Assembly (NCBI GenBank): GCA_038247415.1
Contig: JBBRUX010000002.1
Coordinates: forward strand, 32,001 to 96,000
DNA: 64,000 bases
Reading direction: 5' to 3'
DNA from: Chitinivibrionales bacterium
GTDB lineage: Bacteria > Fibrobacterota > Chitinivibrionia > Chitinivibrionales > WJKA01
Part shown: piece after piece, positions 57,279-64,000 of the stretch
Position numbering within the stretch: the first letter of the stretch is position 1
Layout: each line of letters starts with the position of its first letter
Notes under the pieces: generated by a model
Told to the model about the DNA's origin: nothing
Database searches by the model: none
Seen by the model: only the letters and a program-made list of their open reading frames with translations
Made by a program: the position numbers and the translations under genes

Positions 57279-59162
57279 TTAGCGCTTATGTGGTGCTGTT
57301 TTTGAAATGGTTCCAACCGTTACCGCAGATGCCCTAGCTGCTGTTTGTTTATCAATAATAAATTGCTGTAAAATTCCTAATGCGCTTTGAAATGTCCAAT
57401 ATATGACCAATCCCGACGAAAAACTATTAAACATAAAAAGGAAAAGAAGCGGCATTAAATAGATCATCATTTTTTGATTTGGATCTTTAATGGTCATCTT
57501 ATTTTGAAAATAAGTAAGAATAGCCATGACAATAGGAAGTAGCCCAATGGTAGTACCATACATTGGAATACCACCGGGAAGAATTTTTTGAAACAGCGGT
57601 GTAATAACCGGCAACGCCTCTGCTTGAGCTAAGTCGGTAATCCAGGGTACAACAGAGGTTGTTGCGCCCCTAATCTCTATTGATTTTTTTAGCACTACAA
57701 ACAAGGCAAAAAACACGGGGATCTGTAAAAACATGGGCAAACAACCCGGATTGAAAGGATTAACACCCTCTATTTTATAAAGAGCCATTATTTCTTCGTT
57801 CATCTTTTTGGGATTAGCAGAATAGCGTTTCCTAAGATCTGTAATTTTTGGCTGCAAATCTTTCATTCTGCTCATCGATTTCATACTGCTTTGTGTCAGC
57901 GGATAGGTTGCAATCTTTAAAATTATGGTTATAAAAATGATGGCGATACCATAATCTTTAACAATATGCTGTAATTGAATTAAGAGCCATAAAACAAACT
58001 CTGCTACATAAGGAAACCACAAATCGGCTCTTAAAAGCCACTTCCATCCACTAAATAAGACCTTTTCGAATTTTAAAGAATATGGTGTTAAATAGTCTAA
58101 TTTTGTTGGACCAGCATAAATCCAATATGACTCAGTTGGACTTTCGGAATATCGCTTTATTGAAATTCCGTAATTAATTATTGGTGCACCTCTATTTTCA
58201 GGTGGTGCATAAGGATTTATTTCAGTAAAAGAAGAAACTGTGATTTCTGCATCTTTTACGGTATCAGCAACAAGCGCAATTAAAAAATATTTGGACGAAA
58301 TACCAGTCCAAGAATAGAACCCCGTATATTGTTCCTTCTCAACTTTTTTAGCAATAAAATGCTCCACGTTTTTTCCATCATAAACATGGGCTTTTTTAGG
58401 ATCAAAATTGGCGCTTCCAACTGGTCCCAAATCTTCAGATTCATTAATTCCACATTCCCAACCTACTGCTACGTTTTTCCCTGAAAGTGCGCCAGATATC
58501 ACAGAATAACCAATTTTGTACGTAGACCCATTAAACAAGAATTGCTTTTGAATGCCATTTTGAGCAGTAAACTTGACTCTTGCGGTATCTTTTTTAGAAA
58601 GAATTATTTGTTTCTTTTTATAGTGCGCATCTACAAAAAACAGTTGACTATCGTAGTTTACACCATTAATGGAAAGGTTTGCCCCACCTTTTCCGTTTTG
58701 AGGCAACAGTTCAATAAAATTTTTAGAATCATGTGTGTAAACAACCTTTTTACCCTTCACTATATATTCATATTCTTTCGTCTTAATCGAAGCAATCAAC
58801 CCACCTTTTTCGGCTATTTTACATATATATTTATCTGTTTCAATAGTAATTGTATCAGCATTTGAATACGTAGAATCGGTGGAGGTAAAAGCACTAATGG
58901 CTGACACTGGGACTGTTTGCGGTGGCACATTTGCTATATTTGTTATACCCTTTTCAGGCGCTTCGGATAATGATGCGGGTTTATTAGGAGAAACCATTGC
59001 TGGTTTTGTATCTTGTGTTTGTTGCCGCGTAACCTTAAGTTTTTCCTCGGCAATTTCCTGAGGGGATCTCTTGCCCCATATAGTATGATAATAAAAAGGA
59101 CTTTGAAAAAACCAAATAGCGCCTATAATAACTAAAAATCCGAAAATACTATTACGGTTCAC
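57279..59162 (-). CDS. yidC: Membrane protein insertase YidC
   Basis: N-terminal TM, large periplasmic domain, YGIAII, MKDLQPKI, NPFNPGCLPM...QIP, WITDL and GLVIYW. Confidence 0.95.
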   Translation of the reverse strand: MNRNSIFGFLVIIGAIWFFQSPFYYHTIWGKRSPQEIAEEKLKVTRQQTQDTKPAMVSPNKPASLSEAPEKGITNIANVPPQTVPVSAISAFTSTDSTYSNADTITIETDKYICKIAEKGGLIASIKTKEYEYIVKGKKVVYTHDSKNFIELLPQNGKGGANLSINGVNYDSQLFFVDAHYKKKQIILSKKDTARVKFTAQNGIQKQFLFNGSTYKIGYSVISGALSGKNVAVGWECGINESEDLGPVGSANFDPKKAHVYDGKNVEHFIAKKVEKEQYTGFYSWTGISSKYFLIALVADTVKDAEITVSSFTEINPYAPPENRGAPIINYGISIKRYSESPTESYWIYAGPTKLDYLTPYSLKFEKVLFSGWKWLLRADLWFPYVAEFVLWLLIQLQHIVKDYGIAIIFITIILKIATYPLTQSSMKSMSRMKDLQPKITDLRKRYSANPKKMNEEIMALYKIEGVNPFNPGCLPMFLQIPVFFALFVVLKKSIEIRGATTSVVPWITDLAQAEALPVITPLFQKILPGGIPMYGTTIGLLPIVMAILTYFQNKMTIKDPNQKMMIYLMPLLFLFMFNSFSSGLVIYWTFQSALGILQQFIIDKQTAARASAVTVGTISKTAPHKR

Positions 59163-59407
59163 AATACTGTCCTTTCAGGTTTTACAGGATCATACCCACC
59201 ACGAGAGAGTGGATTACACTTAAGAAAACGATATACAATTTTTGGTAAGGCAACATGCAACGGTAGTACTTTAATAGCTTCTATTGCATATGCGCTACAA
59301 GACGGCTCATATTTGCATACGCCATCTGAGAACGGCACAACCAATTTAAAAAATCTAATAAAGATAGAAAAAATTATGGTTTTGATCTTTGAATACATTT
59401 CTGCCAT
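59159..59407 (-). CDS. yidD: Membrane protein insertion efficiency factor YidD
   Basis: CKYEPSCSAYA and RFLKCNPLSRGGYDPV. Confidence 0.92.
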   Translation of the reverse strand: MAEMYSKIKTIIFSIFIRFFKLVVPFSDGVCKYEPSCSAYAIEAIKVLPLHVALPKIVYRFLKCNPLSRGGYDPVKPERTVL

Positions 59408-59727
59408 GAATCAAATGATCCTACCTGTTTTTCGAATGAAAAATTCTGATGTGAAAGAGGCTTAATGAGAAGATTATAAAAAGGAGGACCGCTTCTTATA
59501 CGTGATCTAAAAATCTCCCGACAAACACGTTTTATATAATTTCTTTCGACTGAACTACCAAGTTTTCTAGAAACTAAAACAGCCAGTCTATCAAATTTTT
59601 GGTTGTTTATACAAGAAATATAAACAACTCCATTACTACAAACCCATTGTTTTCCAGAACGCACAAGAACAGATATTTCGCTTTTTCTATATATCCGTTC
59701 TTGTTTGGAAAAAGAATTGTTTTTCAA
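59374..59727 (-). CDS. rnpA: Ribonuclease P protein component
   Basis: FSKQERI and VSRKLGSSVERNYIKR; located between rpmH and yidD. Confidence 0.88.
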   Translation of the reverse strand: MKNNSFSKQERIYRKSEISVLVRSGKQWVCSNGVVYISCINNQKFDRLAVLVSRKLGSSVERNYIKRVCREIFRSRIRSGPPFYNLLIKPLSHQNFSFEKQVGSFDSWQKCIQRSKP

Positions 59728-59886
59728 TTAAAGCCTGATTGAACGCTCTTCCGAAACAGTAAGCTTTTTGCGTCCTTTAGCACGACGTCTCTTTAAAACA
59801 ATTTGTCCGTTTTTTGTTGCCATACGTGCACGAAAACCATGTTTATTAACACGTTTACGCTTAGATGGCTGAAATGTAGGCCCCAT
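59728..59886 (-). CDS. rpmH: 50S ribosomal protein L34 (52 aa; not in ORF track)
   Basis: Translated by hand: [60 protein letters not shown]. Confidence 0.95.
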   Translation of the reverse strand: MGPTFQPSKRKRVNKHGFRARMATKNGQIVLKRRRAKGRKKLTVSEERSIRL

Positions 59887-60216
59887 GAAAAACTCCTTTA
59901 ACTCAAATTAGTGTTGACTCAAACCGAATAAAAATGCTTTATCTTAAAAGGTATGTCAATTTTTTCTCTTTAAAATATGAACTAAAATCAACAACTACAT
60001 TATTTAGTATTTAAATAGACAAATTTAACTACATATAGAGATCATTTGCTATTCCATGCGGGAAAAGAACAAACGTTAATAGAATTAGTAAAAATAATAA
60101 ATTTGCTAGAGTATTTATTAATAAAAATTGCTCGATTTCAAAACTTCTATAATAAGGCCAGATAGTATATTAATCGTAGTTAAATTATTACCCGCTTATA
60201 AAAAAGATTAGATTAC

Positions 60217-61557
60217 ATGCATGAAATACTTTGGAAATCTATTCGTGACGATTTAGAAAAAAATATAGATCGTTCTCGTTTTGAAACATGGGTTGCTCCA
60301 TTATCGGTATCTTCCAACTCCGATGCTACAAAACTAATATTATGTGCTCCTAATCAATTTATTTGTGATTTTTTATCAACAAACTACAAAGATAGTTTTT
60401 TATCGATATCAAAAAAATTATCTCTTTCTGTTAATGAAGTAGATTTTAAAGTAGAAAATAATCTTGTTGCCCAAATCCACGAACAAGAAATTCAAGTTGC
60501 AACCAATACTAGTTCATCTCCACAAAAAAATCTTTATCCACTCTTAAATAAGCGATTTTCTTTTGATTCCTTTATTGTTGGTTCTGGTAATGAATTTGCC
60601 AAAAGCGCAGCTTTAGCTGTTGCAGAAGCACCAGGAAAAACAAAATTTAATCCATTGCTCTTTTATGGTGGCGTAGGCTTAGGAAAAACGCATCTTTTGC
60701 AAGCTATAGGAAATTTTATACTCTCTCTTGGTAAAAACTATAAAGTTTCATATGTAACCTCAGAAGAGTTTTATTTAGAATTTATAGATGCAATTAAAAC
60801 TAATACAACAAAAAAATTCACTGAGAAATATCGTACATCTGATATCCTCCTTGTAGATGATCTTCAGTTTTTTGCCGGTAAAGAATCTACTCAAGAAGAA
60901 TTCTTTTACGTTTTTAATACGTTATATCAAAATGGCAAACAACTCGTATTAACATCAGATTTGCCTCCAAGCGCTCTACAAGGTCTGCAAGATAGACTTG
61001 TATCACGATTTCAATGGGGTTTATGCATTGATATACAACCACCTAATTTAGAAACTCGTGTAGCTATTCTAAAAAAGAAAGCTGAAGAAGATAGCTTAAA
61101 TATACCAGAAACTGTTCTCTACTACATAGCTGAACATGTCTCTTCTAATATTAGAGAGCTAGAAGGTGTAGTAATAAGACTGCTTGCATATGCGTCTATC
61201 ACGAAAACAGATATAACTATAGATCTCGTAACAAGTGTTCTAAAAAAATCTTATGATAAGGGAAATTCAAGAATTAGTATTGAAGAAGTCATTGAAAAAG
61301 TTGCAAATTATTATAAGGTTCCAATAAATAATATTAGAGAAAAGAATCGCAGAAAAGAAGTAGCAATTTGTCGACAAATAGCAATGTATATTACTAAATC
61401 AATAACAAATCATTCACTTAAAACAATAGGTCTCAATTTTGGTGGTAGAGACCATAGTACTGTAATTCATGCTGTTCAAACCACCGAAAAATTAAAGAAA
61501 ACAGATGAAACATTATTACGTGATATCAATTACATTATATCTATGCTTAAAAATTAA
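60217..61557 (+). CDS. dnaA: Chromosomal replication initiator DnaA
   Basis: FNPLLFYGGVGLGKTHL, LVDDLQF, RLVSRF, NIRELEG and FGGRDHSTVIHA. Confidence 0.98.
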   Translation: MHEILWKSIRDDLEKNIDRSRFETWVAPLSVSSNSDATKLILCAPNQFICDFLSTNYKDSFLSISKKLSLSVNEVDFKVENNLVAQIHEQEIQVATNTSSSPQKNLYPLLNKRFSFDSFIVGSGNEFAKSAALAVAEAPGKTKFNPLLFYGGVGLGKTHLLQAIGNFILSLGKNYKVSYVTSEEFYLEFIDAIKTNTTKKFTEKYRTSDILLVDDLQFFAGKESTQEEFFYVFNTLYQNGKQLVLTSDLPPSALQGLQDRLVSRFQWGLCIDIQPPNLETRVAILKKKAEEDSLNIPETVLYYIAEHVSSNIRELEGVVIRLLAYASITKTDITIDLVTSVLKKSYDKGNSRISIEEVIEKVANYYKVPINNIREKNRRKEVAICRQIAMYITKSITNHSLKTIGLNFGGRDHSTVIHAVQTTEKLKKTDETLLRDINYIISMLKN

Positions 61558-61800
61558 CAATTACATGCTCATAACCTGTTAATAAGTTATTAATATATTA
61601 TTTTTAAAAGTAATAATAGCTTATCAACACAATCATAGTACGAGATATCAACAATTAAAAATTATATAAATCAATAGGTTATAACAAATTAATACTTATC
61701 AACACCTCTTATATTATATCTAATTTTAATATAAAGGTAAGAATAAGAAGATACTATGTTAATAATAAACAGTTGTGATCGTTATAAGTTTTTTAAACGG
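61558..61800. other. Probable replication origin oriC (dnaA-dnaN intergenic)
   Basis: Very AT-rich. Boxes TGTTAATAA at 61577 and 61757, TTATCAACA at 61621 and 61696, and ATATCAACA at 61645. The last TTATCAACA is followed by CCTC and an AT-rich tract. By eye the + strand goes from C-rich to G-rich across this point. Confidence 0.75.
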
Positions 61801-61808
61801 AGTTAGCT

Positions 61809-62954
61809 ATGAAAATTTTGACCTCAAAAAAAGACCTTCTTGGAATAATGCAAAAAGCATTTCCTGTGATACCATCAAAAAGTACTATGCAGGCCCTTTC
61901 TAATTTCAAGATGTCATATTCGGGAAATTATTTAGAAATAACCGCTACCGATCTAGACCATTCTATAAAAGTAAAGCAAGCAGCATCTGGTGCTGGAGAA
62001 TTTGATATTCTTGTAAATGCAAAAAAAATATTCGAAATAGTTCGAGAATTGCCAGAGGGGAATGAAACGATTGCGGTTGATGAGAATATTTTTATTATTG
62101 AAAGCGAAAAAGGATTTTCTTGTCGCATAGCAGGAACAGACACTTCAGATTTTCCTTCTTTTCCTGTGATAGAAGAAAAAACATCATTTGATATTAGAAT
62201 ATCGCAATTGTCAAGTATGATTGCAAAGTCCAGTTTTGCCGTTTCAAAAGATGAATCTCGCATGTGCTTATGCGGCATATTGTGGGAAATAGAAGAAAAC
62301 AGAATGGGAATGGTTGCAACAGACGGTCACCGTTTGGGTAATAGTGTTATTATTGGAAATTTTAATGTTTCTAGTAAAATATCCGTTATTGTTTCACCAA
62401 AAAGTCTCCTTCACATTGTAAGAATAATGGGTGCCGATGCTGCTCCCGATGCAGTGATACATGTATCTGTTGGTGATAAATATGTTTTATTTAGTAATGA
62501 TTCGGTGCAGATATGTTCTAAATTAATAGACGGACCTTATCCTGATTATAAAAAAGTTATACCGGTAGAAAATCCCAAAAAAGCGCTCTTACAAAGAACT
62601 GTATTAGCTGATGCCGTTAGACGTGTTGGCGTGTTATCGAATCAAAAGACTAATTTAATTAAATGCATTTTTAGGGAACAAGAGCTTGAGCTTGTTGTGC
62701 TTAATAGAGATATTGGTGGTGAAGCACGTGAATTAATTCCGGTCGATTATAATGGCGAAGAACATGCTATTGGATTTAATGGACAATATTTATCTGAAAT
62801 ATTAAATATTCTTTCTTTTGTTCCAACAGTTCGTATTGAAATGTCAACACAAATTGGAGCGTGCTTAATATTTCCAGAATTCGAAGATCCATCGAAAAAA
62901 GAGAGTGATGATTTATTTCTTATTATGCCTTTGAAAATCATGGAAGAAATGTAA
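61809..62954 (+). CDS. dnaN: DNA polymerase III beta sliding clamp
   Basis: ITATDLD, MVATDGHRL, SKLIDGPYPDYKKVIP, IGFNGQYL and LIMPL. Confidence 0.97.
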   Translation: MKILTSKKDLLGIMQKAFPVIPSKSTMQALSNFKMSYSGNYLEITATDLDHSIKVKQAASGAGEFDILVNAKKIFEIVRELPEGNETIAVDENIFIIESEKGFSCRIAGTDTSDFPSFPVIEEKTSFDIRISQLSSMIAKSSFAVSKDESRMCLCGILWEIEENRMGMVATDGHRLGNSVIIGNFNVSSKISVIVSPKSLLHIVRIMGADAAPDAVIHVSVGDKYVLFSNDSVQICSKLIDGPYPDYKKVIPVENPKKALLQRTVLADAVRRVGVLSNQKTNLIKCIFREQELELVVLNRDIGGEARELIPVDYNGEEHAIGFNGQYLSEILNILSFVPTVRIEMSTQIGACLIFPEFEDPSKKESDDLFLIMPLKIMEEM

Positions 62955-63021
62955 TTTTAAAAAGTAAACAAATACATTTTAGGATTAATAAACCAATAAT
63001 TTTTTAAACCAAGGAGTACAT

Positions 63022-63663
63022 ATGAAAAAAGTACGAAATGCAGTATTAGCTGTATGTGCAGTATGTTTGTGTGCTGTTCCTGTTTTTGCTTTAAGAGGAT
63101 TACTCGAAAAACCACTCTTTTTTGTTAATGCAAATGGGAAAATAGAAAAACAGGGTTACTGGATGATTAACCTTGGTAAATATGATGTAACGCTCAATAG
63201 AAAATTTGCTGGAGAGGAAATGAAAGCAATTGAAACATCAATTGACCTCTTTATGACATCATCTGGCTATATCCAGGCAAGTGGATATTCGGAAAAAGGT
63301 AAAATTGAATGTAGTGCTCTGATGATGGTAAAAACACCGAGTGGTGATCGAAAAATTGAGGTTGGAGAAATTGATTGTTTAACGGATAATGGAACAAAAG
63401 TGAAATTGACAGATTCTACAACGGGTGATTTAGTGTTGGATATTGAAAAAAATCAGATGCTTATTAAAAAAATGCAAGTTAGAGTATATAAGTTTCAAGC
63501 AGATGAATATGGCGAAAATGTATTAAAAGAACAAACATCTAATACAGACATTCCGATAACCGCATGGGCATTTTCTGCTGCAAGTTTAAAAACCGCATTA
63601 AATTTACCTGCAAATACGACAGTTATAGATACCGATCCTCCTGCTAAAAAAGGAAAAAAATAA
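63022..63663 (+). CDS. Hypothetical exported protein
   Basis: Strong AAGGAG SD, signal peptide (AVLAVCAVCLCAVPVFA) and a basic C-terminal tail. Confidence 0.75.
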   Translation: MKKVRNAVLAVCAVCLCAVPVFALRGLLEKPLFFVNANGKIEKQGYWMINLGKYDVTLNRKFAGEEMKAIETSIDLFMTSSGYIQASGYSEKGKIECSALMMVKTPSGDRKIEVGEIDCLTDNGTKVKLTDSTTGDLVLDIEKNQMLIKKMQVRVYKFQADEYGENVLKEQTSNTDIPITAWAFSAASLKTALNLPANTTVIDTDPPAKKGKK

Positions 63664-63686
63664 GAGCTGGATAAAAGGATAGTAGC

Positions 63687-64000
63687 ATGCTTTTTAGGCC
63701 TATTATTTATAGTTTATCGATAATAGTGAGTCTAATTGGATTAATTGAGGCGTTGCCTTTATATGGGAGTTCAAGTAAACGTGGGCTCCCATTTTTATTG
63801 TACCAAAATGCAGCATTACTAGCGAATCAAAATGGCACAACAGGTGGATTGTCTTTACTTCTTAATAATACCGAAGTAGAAAAAATGCAGATAGGAATAT
63901 CTTCACAACAAGGAACTAATGGTTTTGGGTTAGGTTATATATTTTCTGATTCTACAAAACATTGTATATCAACGGGATTTGGAAAACAACTAGTAGCGTT
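63687..64000 (+). CDS. 5' part of a hypothetical exported, possibly beta-barrel, protein (runs off window)
   Basis: AAGGA SD, ATG 63687, and an open frame MLFRPIIYSLSIIVSLIGLIEA...GFGLGYIFS... to the window end. Confidence 0.55.
   Translation, partial: MLFRPIIYSLSIIVSLIGLIEALPLYGSSSKRGLPFLLYQNAALLANQNGTTGGLSLLLNNTEVEKMQIGISSQQGTNGFGLGYIFSDSTKHCISTGFGKQLVA

Noticed and set aside
63833..63848. TGGCAC half-site
   Set aside because: No TTGC at the -12 position, and it is inside an ORF.
1..64000. CRISPR arrays, tRNA, rRNA, intact transposases or integrases, prophage genes
   Set aside because: No regularly spaced direct repeats, cloverleaf or rRNA-like segments, or recognisable motifs were seen by eye. 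A covariance-model scan was not possible.

Overview
A 64 kb chromosomal segment, about 40% GC and more AT-rich near its right end, that contains the replication origin region. The order there is bactofilin-M23-parB-parA-rsmG-mnmG-mnmE-yidC-yidD-rnpA-rpmH <> dnaA-oriC-dnaN, with three perfect parS sites. Secreted proteins with Fibrobacterota/T9SS-like C-terminal domains suggest a Fibrobacterota (Chitinivibrionia-like) host; this is an inference. Most of the window is housekeeping: acs, murA, purN, rnhB, ftsX/envC, asd, dut, pgi, hemW, purF, pyrE. It also has a small glycosyltransferase/methyltransferase island and several decayed accessory elements. The most striking feature is a two-gene operon encoding a fused E1alpha/beta 2-oxoacid dehydrogenase and a protein in which a lipoyl domain plus Ala/Pro linker is fused to an intact FabH/KAS III instead of an E2 acyltransferase. 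This suggests CoA-independent channelling of 2-oxoacid-derived primers into a condensing enzyme. Other notable items are a deeply divergent enolase-family protein with a ~40-50 aa insertion, a PTS EIIA-DacZ-type diadenylate cyclase fusion, a stand-alone double zinc-finger protein, an orphan NusG paralogue, a MITE carrying REP-like hairpins next to a consensus sigma54 promoter, and a second DnaA-box cluster upstream of parA. No CRISPR array, rRNA or tRNA was recognised. All calls come from motif recognition by eye; no database searches were run.
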